Shown: positions 18,821 through 29,077 of the stretch, in pieces
How positions within the stretch are numbered: the stretch's first letter is position 1
How the letters are laid out: each line of letters begins with the position of its first letter
NCBI GenBank assembly: GCA_963845535.1
Contig: CAWJSK010000012.1
Coordinates: 288,001 to 352,000, forward strand
Direction of reading: 5' to 3'
Length of the DNA stretch: 64,000 bases
DNA from: an uncultured Spirochaetota bacterium
GTDB taxonomy: Bacteria; Spirochaetota; Spirochaetia; SZUA-6; Fen-1364
Made by a program: the position numbers and the translations under genes
The notes under the pieces: generated by a model
Databases searched by the model: none
The model's input: the letters and a program-made list of their open reading frames with translations, nothing else
What the model was told of the DNA's origin: nothing

Positions 18821-20999
18821 TTACGCCGCCACCCCTTGGGAGAATCCCTTGCTCTCAGCGGCAAGGCGGCTGATGAGAGGAGCCGGGGCAAATCGCTTGC
18901 CAACCGTTTCGGGCATAAAGCTCGAGCATTTCACGCGCCGTCCCGATCCCCAGCTCATCTTCCGCCCAGTGGAGCAGACCCCCGCGAAACGGCGGAAAGC
19001 CGGTCCCGAGGACGAGGGCCAGATCCAGGCCCCGCGCGGAAGATACGACTCCCTCCTCCAGCGCTCGGGCGGCTTCGTTCAGCATGGCCAGCAAGGGCCG
19101 GTGGACAATCTCCGCGCGCGTTGCCGGCGTCGCGCCGGGAGAACGGCTGAGCAGATGCCAGATCTGGGGGTTGGCGCGGCGCTGAGTCCTTGCATGCTTC
19201 CCGCGCTGGTAGAGATAGAACCCCGCCCCGGATTTCTTCCCCAAAAGCCCGGCCTGGCTCACAGTGCCCAGCAGAGCGCCCGGGGCCATGCGTTCGGCGA
19301 ACGCAACGGCAAGGATTCGCGCCACGTGCGACGCTACGTCGATCCCGATCTCGTCAAGCAGGGCAAAGGGGCCCATGGGCATTCCGAAATCCTCCAGAAC
19401 CTTGTCGACCATCCTGAAGTCCGCACCCTCCTCCACGAGGCTCACGCACTCGTTCAGATACGGCATGAGGAGCCGGTTGACGAGGAACCCGGGGCAATCC
19501 TTGACCACGATAGGGGTTTTGCCCAGATCCAGCGCCAGCGAGCACGCCCGGGCCACGGTTTCCGCGCTTGTCGCGGGTCCTGGTATGATCTCCACGAGCG
19601 GCATGATGGACGGCGGATTGAAGAAGTGCATGCCCACGAATCGCTCAGGCTTACCCAGGGCGCCGGCCATTTCGGAAATGGAAAGTGAGGAAGTGTTCGA
19701 TGCAAGGAGCGTGTCAGCCGCCACCTCCCCTTCGACCTCGGCCAGCACCTTCTTCTTGACGGAGAGGTTCTCTACAACCGCCTCGATGACCACGTCCGGC
19801 TTCCCCAGGGATGCATACTCCACGGCTCCGGAAAGCTTGTGCATGCGGAGGCTTATACGGCGGCTGTCCAATCGGCCCCGGCGCGCAAGCTCCTGGAAAG
19901 TCTCATATGCTGATCGGAAGCCTTTCTGCACCGCATCCCAGCTCACGTCCTTCATCACGGCGGGAATGTCGCGATGCGCGAAAAGCCAGGCGATCTTTCC
20001 GCCCATCACTCCCGCGCCGAGCACCGCCGCGCGGGAGACTTTCCCCTGAGCCTGCCCCGCAGGAGTTGGAGCGTGGCGCGCGGCCTCCCGCGCGAAGTAC
20101 AAGCCTATGAGGTTTCGACACACCCGGGTGGGCGCCGTCCTGCCAAGAGCCCGACGCTCCAGCTCGAGAGCCCTGTCTCTGGATGCGCGCGCCGTCTTTG
20201 GCAGGAGACTGAGAACCTCCTGCAGCGCGGGATAATGCCTGCCTCCTTTTGCGTTGACCTCCGCACGAGCCGCTCGAAAAACCAGGGCCCTGCCGAACTG
20301 GTTCCCTTCCGCAAGGAACCGGCCCAGGGCGCCGCGCCTTCGGCGCCTGACGGGGCCGGCCGATCCGCCTGAGGCAATCTTCTGCGCAAAAGCGCGCGCC
20401 TTGTCATCCAGAAACGCGGCGGGATAACAGGCGTGGGCAAGCCCCATGCGCGCGGCCTTCGGTCCGTCCACGGACTTGCCGCTCAGGATCATGCCAAGTG
20501 CCTGTACAAGCCCCACTGCCCGCGGAAGACGGTAGGTTCCGCCGAAGCCCGGCACTATGCCCAGGCCGGTTTCCGGCAGACCAAGCTGCGTCTTCGGGTT
20601 GTCGGACACGAGCCGATACGTACATGCAAGCGCAAGCTCGAGGCCACCCCCCACTGCCGGCCCGTCAATGACCGCCACCGTAGGGAAGGGAAGGTCCGCC
20701 AGCTTGTTGAAGACTTCCTGCCCCATGCGGGATTTTTCTTCCGCGGAGCGCGGGTCATGGAGCGTGTTGATCTCCTTGATGTCCGCCCCTGCTATGAACG
20801 TCCCGGGCTTCCCGCTTCTGACAAGAAGACACCGCACGTCGGTTCGGAGGGCCACGTCGGACAGGACCCGATCCAGCTCCTCCATGACGACGGCCCGCAG
20901 GAGGTTGTGCTTTTCTCCCGGCACATCGAGCACAAGCTCGGCAATTCCCTCGCGCTCGCGGAGGGAAAAAACGCGGAGAGAGTTGGCGGCCGCCATCAT
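18821..20999 (-). CDS. fadJ: Fatty-acid oxidation complex alpha subunit (enoyl-CoA hydratase/3-hydroxyacyl-CoA dehydrogenase); C-terminal frameshift at about 18912
   Basis: FIAGADI, GGGLELAL, GLPE, LGAGVMG, SNTSSL, GMHFFNP, GFLVNR; the true C-terminus GKRFAPAPLISRLA..* ends at 18821 in the shifted frame. Confidence 0.9.
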
Positions 21000-22285
21000 G
21001 CTGCCTCCAGGAGCAGGGCGGCGCCCTGCCCGCCCCCCACGCACAGTGTGGCAAGACCAAGGTTCTCTTTCCTGCGGCGCAGCTCCTTCAGCACGTGGAT
21101 GACAAGCCGGGTGCCGGTCATCCCGACGGGATGGCCAAGGGCGATGGCGCCGCCGTGGGCGTTGAGCCGGCCCCTGTCCAGCTCTCCCATCTTCTTTTCC
21201 CGACCCAGGAACTTGCGCGAAAACTCGTCCGAGGCGAACGCGCGCTCGCAGGCAATCACCTGCGCGGCGAACGCCTCGTTCAGCTCGACGTAGCCGATGT
21301 CCCGCATGGCAACGCCTGAGCGCTCCAGGAGAAGGCTCGTGGCGTACACGGGGCCAAGGCCCATGCGCTCAGGCTCGAGGGAGGCGTACGCAAACTCCCG
21401 CAGGAAGCCCAGCGGCGTGAGCCCGCGGGCCTTTGCATCGCCTTCCGCCATGAGGAGGACAGCCGCCGCGCCGTCCGTGATCTGGGATGAATTGCCGGCC
21501 GTCACGGTCCCGTTCCTCCTGTCGAAATAGGGGGAAAGCCTGGCCAGGGCTTCCCTGCTCTGGTTTTCCCTGATGCCGTTATCCTCAGTGACCATCTTGT
21601 CGAACGATGGAAGAGTGGGGACGGGCAGAATCTCCTGGGCCAAGGTGCCGTCCCGCTGCGCCGCGGAAGCCCGCTGGTGGGAAAGGAGCGCGAGCTCGTC
21701 CTGCTCTTCCCTGCCAATGTGAAACTCCCGCGAAAGGTTTTCCGCCGTCAGGCCCATGATGAGGCCGCTCACGGGATCCGTCAGGCCCTCCAGGAGGGCG
21801 ACTTCCGGCTTGAGCATCCGCATGCGGAAACCGGCCAGCGCGGAAAGCCTCTGCCCGAAGCTCTTTGCGCGGGACAGGCGGTTCGCGAACTCCGCGTATT
21901 CCTTGGGAAAAAGCAGGGGGATATTGCTCATGCTCTCGACTCCGCCAGCAATGAATACCTTGCCGTAACCGGAAAGGATTTTCAGGGTCGCGGTCGTTAT
22001 CGACTCCATGCCGCTCGCGCAGTTCCTGTGGACGGTGAAGGCCGGGACGGAAGACGGGATGCCGGCCTTGAGCGCGATGACCCGGGCAATGTTTGCCGCA
22101 TTGGCGGGCTGCGCCACGTTGCCAATGACAACCTCGTCGATCTCACGGGGCTCCACGCGCGTTCGGCTGAGCACCTCGCGCACGACGAACGCCGCAAGGT
22201 CATCGGCAGGCACGTCCGAAAGCAGCGTTCCCGCCCTGGCCATGGGCGTCCGGACTCCGTCTATGATGGCCACCCTTTCCCTCAT
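20996..22285 (-). CDS. fadI: Acetyl-CoA C-acyltransferase (thiolase)
   Basis: VHRNCASG, NEAFAAQ, GAIALGHPVG, LCVGGGQG. Confidence 0.92.
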   Translation of the reverse strand: MRERVAIIDGVRTPMARAGTLLSDVPADDLAAFVVREVLSRTRVEPREIDEVVIGNVAQPANAANIARVIALKAGIPSSVPAFTVHRNCASGMESITTATLKILSGYGKVFIAGGVESMSNIPLLFPKEYAEFANRLSRAKSFGQRLSALAGFRMRMLKPEVALLEGLTDPVSGLIMGLTAENLSREFHIGREEQDELALLSHQRASAAQRDGTLAQEILPVPTLPSFDKMVTEDNGIRENQSREALARLSPYFDRRNGTVTAGNSSQITDGAAAVLLMAEGDAKARGLTPLGFLREFAYASLEPERMGLGPVYATSLLLERSGVAMRDIGYVELNEAFAAQVIACERAFASDEFSRKFLGREKKMGELDRGRLNAHGGAIALGHPVGMTGTRLVIHVLKELRRRKENLGLATLCVGGGQGAALLLEAA

Positions 22286-24084
22286 TTCCATCCTCCTATG
22301 GAGCGATACATCTCCTCGATGGCGTCGGCATACTGCTTCTCCACGGCGAACCTGCGCAGCTTCAGCGTCGGGGTCAGCTCGCCGGTCTCAACGCCCGCGG
22401 GGTGGTCCAGGATCACGAAGCGCTCCACCCGCTCGGTGTGATGGAGATGCGCGTTGATGCCGTCGATTTTCTCCTGTGTGAACACCCGCAGGAAATCGCT
22501 TCGCAGGAACTGCTCGTCCGAAAGCGCCTCGAGGCCCACGCTGCTCTTGAAAGCGACAAGCTTCTGCGGGTCGGGGAAAAGGAGCGCCACCACGTACGCC
22601 CGATTGTCCGCCACGGTCAGCGCCGAGTCGACGAAGGGAATTCCGCTGAGCGCCTCCTCGATGGGCCCCGGCGGTACGTATTCCCCCGTGGACTTCTTGA
22701 ACAGCTCCTTCTTGCGGCCGGTGATGGCGAGGTATCCGTCCCCGTCAAGGCTTCCCATGTCCCCCGTGTGGAGCCAGCCTTCGTCGTCCACCGTCGACGC
22801 CGTGGCCCCGGGGTTGTTGTGGTATCCGCGCATGACATTCGGTCCCCGGGCAAGGATTTCACCATCGTCTGCAATCCGGATCTCGACGCCGGGGAACGCT
22901 CGTCCCACCGTGCCGACCGCGCGTCTGCCCGGCGAGTTGGCCGCGATGACCGGCGATGCCTCCGTGAGGCCATAGCCTTCATATACGGGTATGCCGACGT
23001 TGATGAGGAAAGAGGCCACGTCTGGGGAAAGCCGGGAAGCCCCGGAGATGACCTGGCGCAGGCGGCCGCCCAGGGCGTGGCGCATCTTCGCGTAGACCGC
23101 CTTGTCGAAGATGCGATCAGAGAGCGTGGGGGGGCTGTCGGCAACCCTTGTGCGGGCCCGTTTCAGGGCGGCCCTGGCAATGAGCCCCTTGATGCCGCGA
23201 GTTTCCTGCGCTGCCTTGGCGAGGCCGGCAGCCACCTTTTCCAGAATCCTCGGGACCACGGTCATGATGGTGGGTTTTACGTCCCGGATATATTCCGCAA
23301 CGCGCTTCGGGTCGTCAACGAAGTAGACGGGAAGCCCGCTCGAGATATAGAAGCAAAGCGTCATGCGCTCGAAAATATGCTCGGGCGGAAGGACGGAAAG
23401 GCATACGTCCGTTCCCGCGGCCGGCGGAAACGTGCTGATGGTGGCATGCACCTGGGAAACGATGTTGGCCTGCGTCAGCTCCACCCCTTTGGGCAGCCCG
23501 GTGCTCCCGCTGGTATAGATGATCGTTGCGAGGTCTGACGGGGCCACCTTCCGGCACAAGGACTCGAACAGGTCGGGCTCCCGCAAGGACCTCTCCCGTC
23601 CCCTGCTCATGATCCGTTCGAACTGTTCATGCCTCCCCGAGTACCAGAACGTCACGAGGATCGTCTTGTCCCGAGCGTGCTCGAACGCCATGGGCATCTC
23701 GTCCGGGTTGCCGACAAAGAGCCAGCGCATGCCGGAGTCCCGCACCTCATGCGTGAAGCTCTCCACCGATATTCTCTTGAACAAAGGGACGGTTACGGCG
23801 CCGATGCATTGGATGGCGAAGTCCACGGCGACCCACCAGGGGGACGACGGGGCTATCAGCCCCACCCTGTCGCCTTTGCCGACCCCTTCCTCGAGAAGAC
23901 CGAGGGAAAGGTGCTCCACCGTGCGGCGAAGCTCCCGGTGAGAAAGCGACACCCACTGCCCCCCGCTGGGAAAGTTCAAGGCGTTTGTCAGCGAATAGCG
24001 TGACGTCGCATGAAGCAGGAGAGCAGGGACCGTCTCGAAAGATTGGGCTGAAGAACCGTCATTCTGCATACGCGCGCCATTCAC
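22282..24084 (-). CDS. fadD: Long-chain acyl-CoA synthetase (AMP-binding)
   Basis: IIYTSGSTGLPKGV, EGYGLTE, GWLHTGD, GRKKE, LTPTLK. Confidence 0.92.
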   Translation of the reverse strand: MNGARMQNDGSSAQSFETVPALLLHATSRYSLTNALNFPSGGQWVSLSHRELRRTVEHLSLGLLEEGVGKGDRVGLIAPSSPWWVAVDFAIQCIGAVTVPLFKRISVESFTHEVRDSGMRWLFVGNPDEMPMAFEHARDKTILVTFWYSGRHEQFERIMSRGRERSLREPDLFESLCRKVAPSDLATIIYTSGSTGLPKGVELTQANIVSQVHATISTFPPAAGTDVCLSVLPPEHIFERMTLCFYISSGLPVYFVDDPKRVAEYIRDVKPTIMTVVPRILEKVAAGLAKAAQETRGIKGLIARAALKRARTRVADSPPTLSDRIFDKAVYAKMRHALGGRLRQVISGASRLSPDVASFLINVGIPVYEGYGLTEASPVIAANSPGRRAVGTVGRAFPGVEIRIADDGEILARGPNVMRGYHNNPGATASTVDDEGWLHTGDMGSLDGDGYLAITGRKKELFKKSTGEYVPPGPIEEALSGIPFVDSALTVADNRAYVVALLFPDPQKLVAFKSSVGLEALSDEQFLRSDFLRVFTQEKIDGINAHLHHTERVERFVILDHPAGVETGELTPTLKLRRFAVEKQYADAIEEMYRSIGGWK

Positions 24085-24199
24085 CTACTGGCTAAAGATA
24101 CTCAAACACGCGCCACGCGGCGCGCCACCTCACGCACGGCAATCCCCCGCCGAACAATTCCCCCTTGCGCCGGAACCCGCAGGTCGCTACAGTAAAGAG

Positions 24200-25864
24200 G
24201 TGAGTATCCGGCTGAAAATCATCCTGATTGTGGTACCTCTGATCATCGCCACGCTGGCCCTCACGGCGCTTTCGTCATTTTTCTCCGCTACAAACGCCAT
24301 CACGGGAATCGCCAAGGACTTCCTGGGCTTCAAGGCGGACGAGCTCTCCAATCAGGCGCAAAGCCAGTGGGGCCTCCTCGTGACGAACAACCTTTCCGAC
24401 CAGCCGGAGATGATCGCGGCCACGCAAACCGCGGTGCAGGGCTACGCCCAGAGCATCATCCGAAGCCCCACGGAGCTGATCCTCGCGTTCGACAAGAGCG
24501 GAAACGTGGTCATGAGCACCTCTGACGTCACGGTTCAGCCCGCCGAACGCGCGGCGCTGCAGCAGCTTATCAGTACCAAGAGCACGGAGCTCACCACCAT
24601 CCGCCTCGGGGGCAAGGACAGGGTGGCCAAGGGCTCCTGGTTCGACCCCTTCGGCTGGTACATGATGGTGACGGAGGAGCGCAGCACCTTCTACAACAGG
24701 GTCAACCAGATCACCCAGCGGAGCGCCATCATCCTGGGGGCGGCAATCGTCCTGGCCGTCATCCTCATGCTCCTGTTCGCGCGCTACCTGACCCGCCCCC
24801 TCACGCGGGTGGCGGGGACAATGAGGAGCATCATCGCCACGAATGATCTCTCCCAGCGGGTGCTGGTGGAATACAAGGACGAGATCGGCGGACTTGCCCA
24901 GACTTTCAACCTCATGGTCGGGGAGCTGGAGAAAGCCTACGGGCAGATCAAGAACTTCGCTTTCAAGGCGGTGCTGGCGCAGAAGCGCGAGCAGAAGATA
25001 CGAAACATTTTCCAGAAATACGTTCCCAAGGACGTGATCGACAGGTTTTTCCAGAACCCAGAATCCATGCTCGTGGGAGAAAACCGGATCCTCTCGGTCC
25101 TTTTCTCCGACATCAGGAGCTTCACAACCATCTCCGAGAAGATGGCACCCGCGGACCTCGTGAACTCCCTCAACCGCTACTTCAACGTCATGGTGGACAT
25201 CATCATGGACAAGGGCGGGATCGTGGACAAGTACATCGGGGACGCAATCATGGCTTTCTTCGGCGCCCCGGTGAAGCATGAAAACGATGCTCTGCGGTCG
25301 TTGGTGGCCGGGTTGGAAATGACGGAAGCCCTGGCAAACTTCAACGAAAGCCAGAAGTCGACGGGCGCGCCAGAGTTCCAGATCGGTGTCGGCATCAATT
25401 TCGGCGAGGTGACCGTGGGCAACATCGGAACCGAGAAAAAGATGGACTACACGGTCATTGGCGACATGGTGAACCTGGCCTCCCGTCTGGAGGGGCTTAC
25501 CAAGCAATACCACCAGAGGCTTATCATCTCCGAGAATCTGTTCGAACAGGTCAACGGCAGGGACGGCATAAGCTACCGGCTCCTGGACTCTGTTGCAGTC
25601 AAAGGAAAGACCAAGGGAGTGAAGATCTATTCCGCCAAAAGAGCTCTCGCGGCCGCGGAGAAAGAAGCCTGGGACATGCACAACGCTGCCATGGAAGAGT
25701 ACTACCGGCGCGGCTTCGGAAAAGCCGCACGGCTGTTCGACGAGGTTGGCCGCAGGCTGCCGGGGGATTTCGCAAGCCAGCAGCTTCGCGACCGGTGTCT
25801 TCTGTATGAAAAGGACCCCCCTGAGCAGAGATGGGACGGCGTCGAGGTCATGAAGACCAAATGA
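24200..25864 (+). CDS. Membrane class III adenylate cyclase with HAMP domain
   Basis: Two TMs, HAMP, FSDIRSFT, DKYIGDAIMA, DYTVIGDMVNLASRLE (K/D specificity residues indicate ATP); promoter TTGCGC-N17-TACAGT-N6-GTG. Confidence 0.93.
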   Translation: MSIRLKIILIVVPLIIATLALTALSSFFSATNAITGIAKDFLGFKADELSNQAQSQWGLLVTNNLSDQPEMIAATQTAVQGYAQSIIRSPTELILAFDKSGNVVMSTSDVTVQPAERAALQQLISTKSTELTTIRLGGKDRVAKGSWFDPFGWYMMVTEERSTFYNRVNQITQRSAIILGAAIVLAVILMLLFARYLTRPLTRVAGTMRSIIATNDLSQRVLVEYKDEIGGLAQTFNLMVGELEKAYGQIKNFAFKAVLAQKREQKIRNIFQKYVPKDVIDRFFQNPESMLVGENRILSVLFSDIRSFTTISEKMAPADLVNSLNRYFNVMVDIIMDKGGIVDKYIGDAIMAFFGAPVKHENDALRSLVAGLEMTEALANFNESQKSTGAPEFQIGVGINFGEVTVGNIGTEKKMDYTVIGDMVNLASRLEGLTKQYHQRLIISENLFEQVNGRDGISYRLLDSVAVKGKTKGVKIYSAKRALAAAEKEAWDMHNAAMEEYYRRGFGKAARLFDEVGRRLPGDFASQQLRDRCLLYEKDPPEQRWDGVEVMKTK

Positions 25865-27981
25865 GCAGCGCAGAAAATCCGGTGACAACCACCTCAGATC
25901 TCAGCTTTGACGCCGAATCCGGCATCTCGAAGGAAGACCAGAAGGACATCCTGCAGGCCATCGAGAACGTGGTGACGCAGAACAAGATCGCCACCACTCC
26001 TGAAGACTTTGTCGTGAAGGCGGCAAAGCGCGGCGTCCTTTTCCCCTCACTGGTCATTGCCGCGGCGGCCCTGGCCCTCGTTGTGGGCGGAGCGGCGTTC
26101 TACTTCCTGTTCCAGAGGGGTGAGACGCAGATCACCCGCGGCACCCTGGGCACCATCACCGCGGAAGGTCAGCTCATCCAGGCCGTCCGGCAGGAAGCCA
26201 GCGCGCGCCTCCAGGAAAAAAACCAGGAGATCAACTCCATCCAGGGCCGGCTTGCGGACATCGACAAACAGCGCCAGGACCTGCAGTCCAACATGGACAC
26301 CAAAGTCAGCCAGAGGGAGCAGGAGCTGCGCGCCCAGATGGCTTCCGCGCTCGCCGCGGAGAAGTCGCGCCTGGAGGCGGAAGGACTCTCCCGGCAGGCT
26401 GTTGCGCTCAGAATGCAGGAGCTGGAGAAGCAGAGAAGCGGGCAGCTCGAACGGCAGATGGAGGCTTACCGCAAAGAGGCGGACGTTGAACGGGCCCTTG
26501 CGGAAAAGAACCTTGCAACCCTGCAGCAGAACTACGAGGCAAACCTCGCGCAGGCAAACACGGAAAGACAGCAGGTCATGGCTGAAGCGCAGAAGCGGGA
26601 GGCGGACCTGAAGGGACAGTTCTCCCAGAAGACGCAGACGCTGGAGTCCGCCAAAGCGCGCGCGGAACAGCAGCTTGCGGCCATTTCGGCGCAGCGTGAG
26701 AAAGAGGACCTTGTGACCGGCCAGCTCACGGGGCTGTACGGCGTGGTGAGCGACCATATTGCCCAACATGAATACGACAAGGCCCTGGACGGCTTGAAGT
26801 CCTTGCGGGATTTCGTGAATAGGACCGATATCGCCACGCTTCCTGCAATTGCCAAGCGGCATGATTTCGACGTCTTCGTGATCGACACGCTGACCAGCTA
26901 CGTCCAGGGAGAGATCGACAAGGAAAAAATCGACACGGCAACGCTTCTCCAGGCCGCCAACCAGTTCACCATCCTGCGCCAGCAGGTGGCGGACGCGCAG
27001 ACGCTGTTGAAGGCCGGCAAGACCGCTGAGGCGGAAAAAGCCTACGCGGCGGCCCTCAACCTGATCCCCGAGGTTGCAACGAGCTACGCATATTTCGAGG
27101 GCCGGGACAGGGAAGCGGAGGCCGCAAAGGAAGCGCGGCTCATGCAAGCCCTGGACAACGCGGAAAACGCATTTGCCGCGGGTAACTTCGTTGCCGCGGC
27201 CAATTTCTACAGCGAAGCTTTCTCCTTTATGCCGGTGAACGCTGAACGCATTCAAAAGGCCGTCTCGAATCTGGAGGCCGCGGGGTTCGCCCAGGGCTTG
27301 CGTCGGACCAGCCGGGAGCAGGCTGCGGCGGCGAAGGACCTCCTGAACCAGGCCAACGCCCTCCGAGCTCAGGGGAAGGACGATGATGCGCTGGCCGCCT
27401 ACCTCAACGTGCTCGCCCGGTACCCTTTGGCTGATCAATCGAAGGACGCAATTTCGGGCATCCAGGCAACGGTCAAGGACATCAGTGAAAACGCCGGCGC
27501 CACCAACAACGCTCAGCGGACCACGCTCGGCGGTCAGATCGCGTCCCTGCAGAAGGACCTCACCGCGCGGCGCGGGGACATCGCTGATCTCCGGCAGCGC
27601 GTGCAGGAAATGCAGGACCGTTTTGCCGCCCTGGACAAATCCTACCGGGACTATGTCAGCCAGGAGGAGCCCGTGCTCAAGGCGAAGGGTGACGCGGGGT
27701 TGATGGACACCAAACCGTATTTCGATGCGTTCTTTCGCTCGACGGCCATTCAGGGCCAGTTCCCCGGCATCTCTGACAGGGTCAAACGATACGACATGGG
27801 CTTCCAGTCAGCAGGCAGATCGGACGCCATCCAGGATGCAATCACGGTGATGGTCAACTATTCACGCCAGCGCACGCCCGACTTGAAGCGCGAGTACATC
27901 CAGTCCGAGCTGAAAGCGTATGCCAGGGATCCGGATATGACCGAGCTCCTCAAGGAGATGGACCAGAGGCTGGGAAAGTAG
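25861..27981 (+). CDS. Single-TM, long coiled-coil/TPR-like hypothetical protein
   Basis: TM near aa 60-85, Q/E/A/K-rich heptads, TPR-like helices; ATGA overlap with the cyclase stop. Confidence 0.85.
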   Translation: MSSAENPVTTTSDLSFDAESGISKEDQKDILQAIENVVTQNKIATTPEDFVVKAAKRGVLFPSLVIAAAALALVVGGAAFYFLFQRGETQITRGTLGTITAEGQLIQAVRQEASARLQEKNQEINSIQGRLADIDKQRQDLQSNMDTKVSQREQELRAQMASALAAEKSRLEAEGLSRQAVALRMQELEKQRSGQLERQMEAYRKEADVERALAEKNLATLQQNYEANLAQANTERQQVMAEAQKREADLKGQFSQKTQTLESAKARAEQQLAAISAQREKEDLVTGQLTGLYGVVSDHIAQHEYDKALDGLKSLRDFVNRTDIATLPAIAKRHDFDVFVIDTLTSYVQGEIDKEKIDTATLLQAANQFTILRQQVADAQTLLKAGKTAEAEKAYAAALNLIPEVATSYAYFEGRDREAEAAKEARLMQALDNAENAFAAGNFVAAANFYSEAFSFMPVNAERIQKAVSNLEAAGFAQGLRRTSREQAAAAKDLLNQANALRAQGKDDDALAAYLNVLARYPLADQSKDAISGIQATVKDISENAGATNNAQRTTLGGQIASLQKDLTARRGDIADLRQRVQEMQDRFAALDKSYRDYVSQEEPVLKAKGDAGLMDTKPYFDAFFRSTAIQGQFPGISDRVKRYDMGFQSAGRSDAIQDAITVMVNYSRQRTPDLKREYIQSELKAYARDPDMTELLKEMDQRLGK

Positions 27982-28015
27982 CCGGAGGGCGCGAGCGCCG
28001 CCCCTCCGTTCCCGT

Positions 28016-29077
28016 CTATTTGCCCAGATCGCGCATTGAGGAAGTGGGAATTGCGTACACGTTGAATGCCCAGTCATTGTGCTGAAGGCTTAGGGGCAGG
28101 GAAAAGAAGACGTACGGAGTGGAGCCGATATACTCTTCATAGCAGAACTGAAGACCGTTCAGGGGCTTGGAAAACTGTTGTGAACCGGTTGAGTCATAGA
28201 GGCGGAGCGTCCCATCCTGAGTTGAAAGAAGATCACCAGTGGTCAGGACGGCGTCAATACGGTTTGCGACGCCTGGCAGGGTTTGCGCAGTCGAACTACC
28301 CGTCGTAAATTGATAGCACGACCACTCCCCATTATAGGGATAGCTCCAATAGCCGATCGTCTGTGCGAGATTCATGAAATACATGACGCGTACAAACGCG
28401 CCGGCGCTGCTACCCTCAGGTCCAAGGGAAAGGTTTAGAAAACTTAGATTTGTGACGTTCGTGAAGGCGCCTGTAGTGGAGCTCATGGTGTCAACTGCGT
28501 TGGTGTAGTATGAGGCTTGATAGTCAAAAACATTGAAAATCTCCGCCGCGCCCGCCTGAGGCATCATTTGGACTCCGTCGGGAGGATAACTCAACACCTG
28601 AGCGGTGAGAGTGTTGGGAAGCGAACCATTCGGGAGCGGAACGGCAAAGTACCAGTATTGGCTAGTTGCAACGTTCAGCACGACCAGATTTGCCGTCGAC
28701 GTCGTGGTCACAACATCGTATTCGTAATATGGATAGTTCGGATCAGTTCCGGCGAGGGAATTCGGCATTGGTTGGCTGCCGGAAGTGGATGCCGCTCCGC
28801 TGCCTGTCGAGTACGCAAATCTGAGGAACTCTGTGTTCCCTTTGTCGGAAACGAGAAAGCCGGACTGGATGCTCGCGTCCCCAATCGAAGTTGCCGTGGG
28901 CTTTGTGGGGTAGAATCTCAGGTTTGTTTCGCTCGTGTCGATATTGATGGCCCCCACTGTCCCGACCATCGTCATGTGACCCGTCAATCCGGCCGGCCTG
29001 TTGAGGTCTTCAAGAAAAGCGGGAGCACAGGCTGTTGCCGCAATCAATACAAGCCCGCACAGGACGAACCACTTCAT
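28016..29077 (-). CDS. Hypothetical lipoprotein (S/T/N-rich, beta-rich)
   Basis: MKWFVLCGLVLIAATAC lipoprotein signal; ATGA overlap with the upstream gene. Confidence 0.8.
   Translation of the reverse strand: MKWFVLCGLVLIAATACAPAFLEDLNRPAGLTGHMTMVGTVGAINIDTSETNLRFYPTKPTATSIGDASIQSGFLVSDKGNTEFLRFAYSTGSGAASTSGSQPMPNSLAGTDPNYPYYEYDVVTTTSTANLVVLNVATSQYWYFAVPLPNGSLPNTLTAQVLSYPPDGVQMMPQAGAAEIFNVFDYQASYYTNAVDTMSSTTGAFTNVTNLSFLNLSLGPEGSSAGAFVRVMYFMNLAQTIGYWSYPYNGEWSCYQFTTGSSTAQTLPGVANRIDAVLTTGDLLSTQDGTLRLYDSTGSQQFSKPLNGLQFCYEEYIGSTPYVFFSLPLSLQHNDWAFNVYAIPTSSMRDLGK

Noticed and set aside
24275..27438. 537-aa and 463-aa minus-strand ORFs
   Set aside because: Antisense shadows of the cyclase and the coiled-coil gene.
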